A DNA stretch of 64,000 nucleotides from Phycisphaerae bacterium. Its GTDB lineage: Bacteria; Planctomycetota; Phycisphaerae; Phycisphaerales; UBA1924. The notes under the pieces were generated by a model. It was not told where the DNA came from. It was given only the letters and a program-made list of their open reading frames with translations, and did no database searches. This document shows positions 26,515 through 34,965 of this stretch, in pieces (the stretch's first letter is position 1; every line of letters begins with the position of its first letter). The stretch covers positions 9,406-73,405 of the forward strand of contig JAUHXM010000003.1 in the NCBI GenBank assembly GCA_030426605.1. The letters are read 5' to 3'. Position numbers and translations under genes: made by a program.

Positions 26515-27324
26515 ATGGTCCTGTTGCGTCGCACGGTGAGGTTCGCGGTCAACCCGGACGAGTCCTGCGACGGCTCGAACGGGGATGGCGGCGTCCCCGT
26601 GGCGGCCGGGCTCGCCCGCTGGTACGAGCTCGAGATCTCCTGCGAGGGCGAACCGGACCCCGCCTCTGGCTATCTGGTGAACATCAAGGCAATCGACCAC
26701 GCCGTCCGCGAGCGGGCGATCCCGGTCATCGCGCTGGCGTGCTCGGACGACCCGACCACCGACCCCGCCCGGCTGTTATCGGCCCTCGCGGACGCGGTGC
26801 AGGGCGGGCTCACGCCGCGCGTTGCGAGCGTGCGCTGGAACCTCACCCCGTCGCTCTCGATGGAGCTCCGCATGGACGACCCGAACCGAGTCCTGATCCG
26901 CCAGCGTTTTGACCTCGCATGCGCTCATCGACTGCACAACCCAGAGCTCTCCGACGAGGAAAACCGGGCGCTCTATGGCAAGTGCAACAACCCCAACGGG
27001 CACGGGCACAACTACCGCGTCGAGCCCTGCATCGCCGTTCCGACGCCTGAAAACAAGCCCCAGGCGATCTCGGTCGCCCGGCTCGAAGCGATCGTGCACG
27101 ACGCGATCGTCGAGCCCTACGACCACACACACCTCAATGATGACACCGACGCCTTCGCGACCGAGACGGGCGTGGTCCCCTCCGTGGAGAACATCGCGCG
27201 GGTGTTCTACGAAGCGCTCGGGGCCGCGCTGAACGAGCACGCGCCGGGCGCGGAGCTCGTCACGATGACGGTCTGGGAGACCGATCGGACGTCTTGCACG
27301 TATCCGGGTGGGGCTTCGGTCTGA
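26515..27324 (+). CDS. 6-pyruvoyl-tetrahydropterin synthase / QueD family protein, double-length (269 aa)
   Basis: This is the last 269 aa of the 920-aa track ORF. It carries CNNPNGHGHNY, the PTPS catalytic motif as in mammalian PTPS. The first in-frame ATG after the antisense shadow of gspF/gpx is at 26515 (MVLLRRTVRFAVNP). Confidence 0.8.
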   Translation: MVLLRRTVRFAVNPDESCDGSNGDGGVPVAAGLARWYELEISCEGEPDPASGYLVNIKAIDHAVRERAIPVIALACSDDPTTDPARLLSALADAVQGGLTPRVASVRWNLTPSLSMELRMDDPNRVLIRQRFDLACAHRLHNPELSDEENRALYGKCNNPNGHGHNYRVEPCIAVPTPENKPQAISVARLEAIVHDAIVEPYDHTHLNDDTDAFATETGVVPSVENIARVFYEALGAALNEHAPGAELVTMTVWETDRTSCTYPGGASV

Positions 27325-27349
27325 GCTCGGATGGGGGTAGACTGACGGC

Positions 27350-29026
27350 ATGAGCGTCGAGCACGTGTTGTTGGGGCGGGGTGTGGTGACACCCGAGCAG
27401 GTGGCGGATGCCCGCCGCGCCGCCACAGGGACCGACGAACGGCTCGATCAGGCCCTCGTGCGTCTCGGGCACACGACGCGCGACGCCGTCCTCGCGGCGT
27501 TCGCCCACGACTTCCATATGCCCGTCGTCGATCTCGTGGAGATTTCCCCCGAGCCAGAGGTGATCGACCTGCTGCCGGCCGCGCTGGTCTACCGCCAGAA
27601 GTGCGTGCCGATCGCGCGCCACAACGGGACCCTCACCGTCGCGACGAGCGACCCGTTCGAGATCGCGGCGCACGACGAGCTGCGGCTCGTCACGGGGTGC
27701 TCCATCGAGCTGGTGCTCGCCGACGAGCTCGAGCTCGAGCGGTTTATGCGCCGCCACTACGGCGTGGGCGGCGACACCCTCGACGCGATGGCCGAGAGCG
27801 ATGCGCCGGTCGCCGAGTCGTCCGACGCCGCCGAAGAGATCGAGCGAGCTCAGGAGGCGTCCGTCATCAAGCTTGTGAACGACGTGCTGACCGAAGCCGT
27901 CTCCGAGCGCGCCACCGATGTCCACATCGAGCCCTACGAGCACGAGCTCGTTGTCCGTTACCGCATCGACGGCGTGCTCCAGCGCGCGAGCGTCCCCCCC
28001 ACCATCCACCGCTACGGTGCGGCGATTGTCTCGCGTATCAAGATCATGGCGAGCCTGAACATCGCCGAGAAACGCCGCCCGCAGGACGGGCGGATCTCAT
28101 TCGCGACGCGGCTCGACGGACGCGTCCACGAGTTTGACATGCGCGTGAGTGTCATCCCGATGCTCTTCGGCGAGGGCGTTGTCCTCCGTGTGCTCGACAA
28201 TTCCGCGGCCCTCATGTCTCTCGACGACCTTGGCATGGATGGCGACACGCTCGCCCGCTGGGACCAGCTCATCGCCAAGCCCCACGGCATCGTGCTCGTC
28301 ACGGGCCCGACGGGCTCGGGTAAATCGACGACGCTTTACGCGTCGCTCAACCGCATCGTGACCGACGAGATCAAGGCGGTCACGATCGAGGATCCCGTCG
28401 AGTACCACGCGTCGGGCGTGAACCAGATCCAGGTGAACACCAAGACCGGGCTTACGTTCGCGGCGGGACTGCGCTCCGTGCTGCGCCACGACCCGGACGT
28501 CGTGATGGTCGGTGAGATTCGGGACAAGGAAACCGCCGAGACCGCGATCCAGGCGTCTCTCACCGGCCACCTCGTGTTCAGCACGCTGCACACGAACGAC
28601 GCCGCGGGGGCACCGACGCGCTTGCTCGACATGGGCGTCGAGCCGTTCTTGGTGAGCTCGTCCGTCGAGGGCGTGCTCGCCCAGCGGCTGGTGCGCCGCA
28701 TCTGTCGGGACCATTACGAGGACTACACGCCCGACCCGGGCGATCTGCCGCGAGGCTTCGAGCTGCCCGCGTCGGGGACCCTCCGACGCGGCGTGCCCGA
28801 CCGGTCCAACCGCAACACCGGGTACCGCGGGCGTTTGGGCGTTTTCGAGCTGCTCACGCTCTCGCACGAGATCCGCGAGATGATCATGTCCCGCGCCAAC
28901 GCCCCCGAGCTCGCGAAGGCCGCGATGGCGTCGGACGACCTCCGCCCGATGCGGGTCGATGGGTACGAGAAAGTGCGGTCGGGCAAGACGACGCTCAGCG
29001 AGCTCGCCCGGGCGCTGGCGGTCTGA
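27350..29026 (+). CDS. gspE: Type II secretion ATPase GspE
   Basis: It has an N-terminal T2SSE_N-like domain, Walker A GPTGSGKSTT, Asp and His boxes (DPVEY, VGEIRD, TGHLVFSTLHTND) and a GspE C-terminus. Confidence 0.92.
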   Translation: MSVEHVLLGRGVVTPEQVADARRAATGTDERLDQALVRLGHTTRDAVLAAFAHDFHMPVVDLVEISPEPEVIDLLPAALVYRQKCVPIARHNGTLTVATSDPFEIAAHDELRLVTGCSIELVLADELELERFMRRHYGVGGDTLDAMAESDAPVAESSDAAEEIERAQEASVIKLVNDVLTEAVSERATDVHIEPYEHELVVRYRIDGVLQRASVPPTIHRYGAAIVSRIKIMASLNIAEKRRPQDGRISFATRLDGRVHEFDMRVSVIPMLFGEGVVLRVLDNSAALMSLDDLGMDGDTLARWDQLIAKPHGIVLVTGPTGSGKSTTLYASLNRIVTDEIKAVTIEDPVEYHASGVNQIQVNTKTGLTFAAGLRSVLRHDPDVVMVGEIRDKETAETAIQASLTGHLVFSTLHTNDAAGAPTRLLDMGVEPFLVSSSVEGVLAQRLVRRICRDHYEDYTPDPGDLPRGFELPASGTLRRGVPDRSNRNTGYRGRLGVFELLTLSHEIREMIMSRANAPELAKAAMASDDLRPMRVDGYEKVRSGKTTLSELARALAV

Positions 29027-29036
29027 TGCCTCCGGC

Positions 29037-30101
29037 GTGTATCGTCTGCCCGTGCGCCACCCACGCAAGATCCTGCTGATCCGCCCGAGCGCACTGGGCG
29101 ATGTCTGTCGAACGGTCCCCGTGGTCGCGTCGCTCCGCCGGGCGTACCCGGACGCGGCGATCGACTGGCTCGTGCAGGACACGTTCGTGGACGCCGTGGC
29201 GCATCACCCCGCCCTTCGGCGTGTGATCCCATTCCCTCGCAAGGCGCTGGGCCGTTCGTTGCTGCGGGGCAACCCGCTGCCCACGCTCGCGTTCCTGCGC
29301 ACACTGAGATCCGAGCATTACGACCTGACGATCGACGCGCAGGGGCTCGGGCGGTCCGGGCTGTTCGCGTGGGCAACGCGTGCCGCCCGCCGGGTCGGGT
29401 ACGCGCACGCGCCCGAGGGCGCGTGGCTGGGGTATACGCACCTCGCCCGTGAGCCGAAGTCGCGTCACACGGTGGATCGGATGCTCGGCCTCCTTCGCCC
29501 GCTGGGCGTGCCCGCGGTAAGCGACTTGCGACTCTTCGCGGACCCGCAGGCGGTGTCGGACGTCGTCGTGGAGCACGCCGAGCCGTACGCGTTGCTCGCG
29601 CCGACAAGCCGGTGGGCATCCAAGCGTTGGCCCGCGGACCGGTTTGCCGAGCTTGCTCGTCGGCTGATCGAGCGGGGCGTGCCTCGCATCGTCGTCGTCG
29701 GTTCACCCAGCGAACGCAACCAGTGCACCCCGCTCCTCGAACTCGCAGCAAGCTCCCCCCGGGTGACCGACCGGGTGGGCTCAACGAGCGTCGCCCAGCT
29801 GATGGCGCTCGTCTCGCGCGCGAAGCTGGTCGTCGCGAACGACTCCGCCGCCCTGCACATGGCGGTTGGTTTCGACCGACCCACCGTCGCGCTCTACGGC
29901 CCGACGGACGTGTCGCGTGTCGGGCCATACCGACGCGATGCGGACGTCGTCCAGCACATCCGGCGCCGCGACCCGATCGACCACAAGACCGACGCCAACG
30001 TCGCGCTCATGGAACGCATCACGACCGATGAGGTCTACGACGCATGCATCGAGCGCCTCGACAACGCTCCGGCGTACCCGCGGGCGGCGCAGACCGGGTA
30101 A
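29037..30101 (+). CDS. Glycosyltransferase family 9 (ADP-heptose:LPS heptosyltransferase-like)
   Basis: It contains KILLIRPSALGDVCRTVPVVASLRRAYPDAAIDWLV...WPADRFAELARRL...NDSAALHMAVGFDRPTVALYGPT. The start is uncertain: GTG at 29037 or 29052. The track start at 28959 overlaps gspE by 68 nt. Confidence 0.75.
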   Translation: MYRLPVRHPRKILLIRPSALGDVCRTVPVVASLRRAYPDAAIDWLVQDTFVDAVAHHPALRRVIPFPRKALGRSLLRGNPLPTLAFLRTLRSEHYDLTIDAQGLGRSGLFAWATRAARRVGYAHAPEGAWLGYTHLAREPKSRHTVDRMLGLLRPLGVPAVSDLRLFADPQAVSDVVVEHAEPYALLAPTSRWASKRWPADRFAELARRLIERGVPRIVVVGSPSERNQCTPLLELAASSPRVTDRVGSTSVAQLMALVSRAKLVVANDSAALHMAVGFDRPTVALYGPTDVSRVGPYRRDADVVQHIRRRDPIDHKTDANVALMERITTDEVYDACIERLDNAPAYPRAAQTG

Positions 30102-30104
30102 CGA

Positions 30105-31205
30105 TCAGGCGCTCGCCGCGGCATGCTCGTGGGCGAACTCCTTCATGTACGCGACGAGCGCTTCGGCACCCGCCTTCGGGAAGGCGTTGTACATGCTCGC
30201 CCGCATGCCCTGAATCTGCCGATGACCCGCGAGCCCGTCGAGCCCCTTCTTCTCGGCACCCTCGATGAACATCGCGTCCAGGTCCGTCGTCGGGCACTTG
30301 AAGGTGATGTTCATCATGCTCCGGCTCGCCTTCTCGGCGTGCGGGATGAAGAAATCCTGCGAGTCGAGGAAGTCATACACCACCATCGCCTTCTCGCGGT
30401 TTTTCTCGGCCATCGCATTGAGCCCGCCCTCGGCGAGGATCCAGCGGAACACCTGCCCCATCAGGTACACGCCGAAGGTGTTGGGCGTGTTGTACCGCCC
30501 CTCTTTCTTCGCGTGGTTCGAGTATTGCATCATCTGGGGCAGCTCACGCACCGGCTCCTCGAGCAGGTCCCTCCGCGCGATCAGCAGGGTCGTGCCCGAC
30601 GGGCCCAGGTTCTTTTGCGCCCCGGCATAGATGAGCCCATACTTCGACACGTCGATGGGCTTCGAGTAGATGTTGCTCGATGCATCGCACACCAGGAACG
30701 CGCCCTCGGGCGCATCGGGCTCGGACGCGAACTCGGTGCCCATGATCGTGTTGTTGGACGTAAACTGCACGTAGACCGGGTCGTCCGAGTACTCCACTTG
30801 GTCGCCGGTGGGGATGTATGAGAAATTGCTTTCCTTGGACGACCCGCAGATGTGCAGCCCGCCATAGAGGGGCACCTCCCTGATCGAGTCCTGCGCCCAC
30901 TTGCCCGTCTCGAAGTAATCCGCCGTCCGATCGGCGGGCAGGAAGTTCGCCGGCACGAAGTAGCACTGGCTCGTCGCGCCGCCCATCATCCAGAAGATCG
31001 CGTGCGAGTCGGGCACGCTGCCGACTTCCCGGCAGGCCGCCTCGGTCTCGTGCGTCACCCGGTCGAACACCTTGCCACGGTGCGAGTGCTCCATGATCCC
31101 GATGCCGGAGTCGTAGATGTCCCAGATGTCCTTCTGTGCCTGCTTGATGACGGGCTCGGGCAGACACGCGGGCCCGGCGGAGAAGTTGAAGATGCGTTCG
31201 CTCAT
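30105..31205 (-). CDS. serC: Phosphoserine aminotransferase
   Basis: It begins MSERIFNFSAGPACLPEPV, contains MEHSHRGK and YAGAQKNLGPSG, and is the full SerC length (366 aa). Confidence 0.95.
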   Translation of the reverse strand: MSERIFNFSAGPACLPEPVIKQAQKDIWDIYDSGIGIMEHSHRGKVFDRVTHETEAACREVGSVPDSHAIFWMMGGATSQCYFVPANFLPADRTADYFETGKWAQDSIREVPLYGGLHICGSSKESNFSYIPTGDQVEYSDDPVYVQFTSNNTIMGTEFASEPDAPEGAFLVCDASSNIYSKPIDVSKYGLIYAGAQKNLGPSGTTLLIARRDLLEEPVRELPQMMQYSNHAKKEGRYNTPNTFGVYLMGQVFRWILAEGGLNAMAEKNREKAMVVYDFLDSQDFFIPHAEKASRSMMNITFKCPTTDLDAMFIEGAEKKGLDGLAGHRQIQGMRASMYNAFPKAGAEALVAYMKEFAHEHAAASA

Positions 31206-31229
31206 GACAATCCCCTCGTCGCCGCGTGC

Positions 31230-32213
31230 TCAGAGGCCCGCGGGGTCGTTGACCATGTTTTCAAACTTGCCCGAGTCCCGGTAGACCTCGACGATGCGGC
31301 ACGTCTCCTCCGCAACCGCCAGCTGCGCCTGATCGGTCGAGGCGCCGCAGTGGTGCGTCAGGCTCACGCCGGGCAACGACGCGACCTCGGGCTTGAAGTC
31401 CGCGACCTTGTCGGCGGGCTGGTCGGCATAGACGTCGAGCCCGGCGCGGATGCCCTTCTCGTTGATCGCCTTGACAAGTTCGGCCTCGTCCACGATGTCG
31501 CCGCGTGAGGTGTTGATGAAGAACGCGCCGGGCTTCATCGCGCCGAAAAACCCAGGGCCGCAGAGGTTTTTGGTGTCGGGCGTGGACGCGACATGGATGC
31601 TCACGGCGTCTACCTCGCCCAGCGCCTCGGTGATCGCCTCGCGGGTGTACGCGATGGGTTTGATCCCCAACGCCCGGGCGGTGTCGTCGCCGAGCCGGCG
31701 GGACTGGGCCCAGACCTCCATGCCCAGCGCTTTGGCCCGCGTGATGACGGCCGTCCCGATCGCGCCGGTGCCGATGACCAGGAGCCTGCGCCCCTTGAGA
31801 CCGCGGGCCTTTGAGTACTCCGCCTTGTTCCACTTCCCGACGCGCAGCGCGGCGGTCTGTTCGCCGATGCGCCGGTCGAGGTTGATCAGGTGCCCGATCG
31901 CGAGCTCGGCGACCGCGATGGCGTTCATGCCGGGGCAGTTGCAGACGGCGATGCCCTTCGCCGCCGCCGCGGCGCCGTCGATGTTGTCGTACCCAGCGCC
32001 GGCGCGGATGATTCCCATGAGCGTGCTCGCGCCCTCGATCACCGAGGTGGGCACCTTCGTGGATCGCACGATCAGGATCTCCGCCTCGCTCGCACGCAGC
32101 GCGTCGGGCAGCGTGTCAGGGCCCAGCGACGGGTCAGACACCACATCGCACCCGAGCGCCTCGAGCTGCTCGATGCCTTCGGCCTCGAATTTATCCGCGA
32201 TGAGCACCTTCAT
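31230..32213 (-). CDS. serA: D-3-phosphoglycerate dehydrogenase family (short form, 327 aa)
   Basis: It has a 2-hydroxyacid dehydrogenase fold with GTGAIGTAV (NAD-binding site) and catalytic R/E/H context (FINTSRGDIVDE, THHCGAST). It lies immediately upstream of serC. Confidence 0.85.
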   Translation of the reverse strand: MKVLIADKFEAEGIEQLEALGCDVVSDPSLGPDTLPDALRASEAEILIVRSTKVPTSVIEGASTLMGIIRAGAGYDNIDGAAAAAKGIAVCNCPGMNAIAVAELAIGHLINLDRRIGEQTAALRVGKWNKAEYSKARGLKGRRLLVIGTGAIGTAVITRAKALGMEVWAQSRRLGDDTARALGIKPIAYTREAITEALGEVDAVSIHVASTPDTKNLCGPGFFGAMKPGAFFINTSRGDIVDEAELVKAINEKGIRAGLDVYADQPADKVADFKPEVASLPGVSLTHHCGASTDQAQLAVAEETCRIVEVYRDSGKFENMVNDPAGL

Positions 32214-32282
32214 CGTCGCCCCTCCAATCGCGCCCTCCCCCGGGCACGGGAGTGTAGGAGAACCGACGCGCTCAGCAACGGG

Positions 32283-33098
32283 TCACGGCGACTCCGCGGG
32301 CGACGATTCCGTGGGCGGCTCGTTCGAGCCCGCGAGCCTGCCCATCACAAACATCGCGGCGCCCCCCGCGAGCACGAGCACCGCGGTGAGCACAACGTAC
32401 ATCGCACGCTGGCGCGCGCGGGCCGCGTGGTGCTGGGCAAGTCGTTTCCGAGCGGCGGAATCACGGTTCGGCGAGCTCATCTTCGCACCGGCCGGCGCCG
32501 CCGGGGTTGGCTGCGGTGCCACGACGGGGGCGGGTGTGGTCGGCGCGACCGGGGACGGTTCTTGCTCCAGCAGTACGCCGCCCATCGACGCCACCACTTG
32601 CTCGGCGGGCGCCTGCCCCGCGATCAACCGGATCGGTCCGACGCCGAGGTGCTGGCGGTCCTTGTCCACCTCGAAGACCGCACCGCACGTGCCGCAGGCA
32701 TAATCATCAGTTGTCGTTCCCGCCTGGCAGTTGTGGCACACGCCCAGCAGGTGGGCGACGCCCGGCACACGGGTCGCAAGCATCCAGAACTGACGCGTGC
32801 TCGGGCCGCGGACGACCGTGTCGCGTCGGACGATGCCGCGCTCCACGAGCCGGCGGAGGGTCTCATACGAGCACCCGGCCCGCGTGGGCACCATCGGGTC
32901 GATGAACGACCACGGGCCCATCGCGTTCTGCGTCGCCTGTCGTGAGAGCGGGTCGAACCGCCCGGAGCACCGGGCGCACCGAGCGGTATCGCCCGAGACG
33001 TGCCCGCAGTAGGGGCAGACGACCGCCCGGGGCTGGGGCGTTGGCGGGGGGACCGCCGCGTTCGTTCCGTTGGATGCTGGATTCTGCGTCACCGCCAA
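32283..33098 (-). CDS. Hypothetical zinc-ribbon protein with C-terminal TM anchor
   Basis: It has two Cys4 clusters (CPYCG...CARC and CHNC...CGTC), a Pro/Ala-rich linker and a C-terminal TM helix (MYVVLTAVLVLAGGAAMFVMG). I recognise no family. Confidence 0.5.
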   Translation of the reverse strand: MAVTQNPASNGTNAAVPPPTPQPRAVVCPYCGHVSGDTARCARCSGRFDPLSRQATQNAMGPWSFIDPMVPTRAGCSYETLRRLVERGIVRRDTVVRGPSTRQFWMLATRVPGVAHLLGVCHNCQAGTTTDDYACGTCGAVFEVDKDRQHLGVGPIRLIAGQAPAEQVVASMGGVLLEQEPSPVAPTTPAPVVAPQPTPAAPAGAKMSSPNRDSAARKRLAQHHAARARQRAMYVVLTAVLVLAGGAAMFVMGRLAGSNEPPTESSPAESP

Positions 33099-33178
33099 GA
33101 GCGTACCCCTCCGGAGCCCCGGTACGCAGCGGACGCCACGCGGTTGACCTGAGGGCGCGGGACCGCTCAGATCGTGTG

Positions 33179-34147
33179 ATGCCCAGCCGCCGACTGACGT
33201 GGATCCCGATCACCCTCACCGTGTCCGGGCTGGGAGCGTGCGCGACCGAACCCGCGAACGGCCCCACCCGGGCCGCGCCCCCCGCCCCGCCGGTGGTGCT
33301 GATGGACGGCGTGCCGCTGGATGCGCGCGAGCTCGCGGTACGCGCCGGAGAGATCGCCGGGGGCGCGGCGATCGAGGAACTCGTCCTCGAGCGTTCGCTC
33401 GCACAAGCCTGCCGAGATGCGGGCATCTTGATCACGGACCGAGACGTGGACGCCGAGCGAGGCGCGCTGATCGACTCCGTCGTCGCCGGCGCGGCCGGCT
33501 CAGCGGGGACGCTGCTGGACCGTATCCGCACCCAGCGCGGGCTCGGCCCGGTGCGGTTCGAGGCATTGCTGCGTCGCAACGCGATGCTGCGGGCGTTGGT
33601 CCGTGCCGCGGTTTCGGTCTCCGACGAGGAGGTCCGGCTCGCGCACGCGATCCGGTCCGGTCGGCGCGTGGAGGCCAGCCTGATCGTCACGCCGACACGA
33701 GACCTCGCCTCACTCGCGATGGAACGCGTCCGTGCGAATGCTGAGCGTGATGGGTTGGCATCGGCCTTCGCCGACCAGGCCCGGCGCGTCTCGACGCACG
33801 CGAGCGCCTCGAGCGGCGGCGATCTGGGCAGCGTCAGCCTCTCCGACCCTGCGTACCCGTCCGCACTGCGCGAGCAGCTCGCAGAGACGCTGCCCGGAGC
33901 GCTGACCGAGCCGTTCGCGGTGGGTGATGCGTTCGGGTTCGCGCTCGTCCGGCGCGTCATCGACACCGAGCCGCCGGGCGATCTCACTGCGGACGAGCGA
34001 GCGGCCGTCCGCGACGAAATCCGACGCCGCAAGGAGCGGATCGAGATGGAGCGGCTCGCCGAGCGGCTCGTGCGGACCGCAGACGTGCAGGTGCTCGACC
34101 CCTCCCTCGGGTGGTCATTCCGCACACGCACCGGGCGCGGCGGTTGA
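33179..34147 (+). CDS. Parvulin-type peptidyl-prolyl isomerase-like lipoprotein (SurA/PrsA-like)
   Basis: ATG at 33179 gives MPSRRLTWIPITLTVSGLGAC, a lipobox signal. The C-terminal half (STHASASSGGDLGSVSL...LPGALTEPFAVGDAFGFALV) resembles the PPIC rotamase domain. The upstream 79 codons of the track ORF were rejected. Confidence 0.6.
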   Translation: MPSRRLTWIPITLTVSGLGACATEPANGPTRAAPPAPPVVLMDGVPLDARELAVRAGEIAGGAAIEELVLERSLAQACRDAGILITDRDVDAERGALIDSVVAGAAGSAGTLLDRIRTQRGLGPVRFEALLRRNAMLRALVRAAVSVSDEEVRLAHAIRSGRRVEASLIVTPTRDLASLAMERVRANAERDGLASAFADQARRVSTHASASSGGDLGSVSLSDPAYPSALREQLAETLPGALTEPFAVGDAFGFALVRRVIDTEPPGDLTADERAAVRDEIRRRKERIEMERLAERLVRTADVQVLDPSLGWSFRTRTGRGG

Positions 34148-34965
34148 ACCGGGCCGGGCATCACCCCGGCGCCGCGCGCGAACTGGGCGTCTGGTCTGCG
34201 TTCTACGTCGCCGGGATCGCGTTCCTCGCAGCACAGTTGCTGCTGGGCGTGCCGCGACCCGAATGGGGCATCGAGGTCTACACCTTTCTGATCGGGCTGG
34301 GCGTCTATCTGCTGGACCGGGTCGGCGTCGTGGTCGCGGACCCGGACGGCGGGAACGCATGGCCACGGACCGGACACACGCTCGCCCGGGTCGGTGCGAT
34401 AGTCGCCCTTGCCGCCGCGAGCGTGGTCGGGTGGACGCTGCGCCCGGGTCTCGCGCTCGGGCCATGGATCGGGCTCGCGATCGTCGCCGCGTACGCCCGC
34501 CCTGGAAAATGGCGGCTCCGGAACTTCGTTTGGCTCAAGGGGCCCGTCGTCGCGATCTGCCTGGTCGCACTCGGCGTGCTCGCGGCGGGCGCGGACCGCG
34601 CGCTCGCCAACGGTCCCGCCGTATGGATCACCGCGTTCGGGCTTGCACTGCTCGTGCTCGGCGACTGTGTGCTGTCCGATCTCGATGACGTCCGGCTCGA
34701 TCGCGCGTCAAGCGTGGGGTCCGTCGCGGTATTCGTGGGCGAACGGCACGCGCGCACCGTCGCGCTCGGGCTGCACGTGCTCTCGGGGGCGGCGCTGCTG
34801 GCGGGGGCCGCCCCACGGCTCTCCGCGGGCATCACCAGCGGCACCGTCGTGCTCACGACTTGGGCGCTCGTCGTGGCAAAGCCCGCCCGCGTGCGCACGA
34901 TCGTGGACCTTCGGGTGCCGGCGCTCGCCGTCGCGTTGTGGCTGATCGAATCCCGCGCGGGCTAG
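34111..34965 (+). CDS. Polytopic membrane protein, tentatively UbiA-like prenyltransferase family
   Basis: It has about 8 hydrophobic segments and an Asp-rich loop (LSDLDDVRLDR). The family assignment is weak. The start is uncertain: the track start at 34111 or TTG at 34144, which overlaps the upstream TGA. Confidence 0.4.
   Translation: MVIPHTHRARRLNRAGHHPGAARELGVWSAFYVAGIAFLAAQLLLGVPRPEWGIEVYTFLIGLGVYLLDRVGVVVADPDGGNAWPRTGHTLARVGAIVALAAASVVGWTLRPGLALGPWIGLAIVAAYARPGKWRLRNFVWLKGPVVAICLVALGVLAAGADRALANGPAVWITAFGLALLVLGDCVLSDLDDVRLDRASSVGSVAVFVGERHARTVALGLHVLSGAALLAGAAPRLSAGITSGTVVLTTWALVVAKPARVRTIVDLRVPALAVALWLIESRAG

Noticed and set aside
27350-27500. c-di-GMP-binding MshEN motif in the system-1 GspE N-terminus.
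   Set aside because: The segment SVEHVLLGRGVVTPEQVADARRAA keeps the hydrophobic/Gly spacing. It lacks the Arg1, Gly3, Leu21 and Gln24 positions of the motif. I therefore do not call it a c-di-GMP receptor.
28723-29928. 401-aa minus-strand ORF. Similar antisense ORFs occur at 28097..29182, 32863..34377, 40078..41514, 44372..45601, 46576..47874 and 47693..48922.
   Set aside because: They lie opposite genes with strong family signatures (gspE, GT9, PPIase, transglutaminase, HD-GYP, pilins). They have Arg/Pro/Gly-dominated composition and no motifs.
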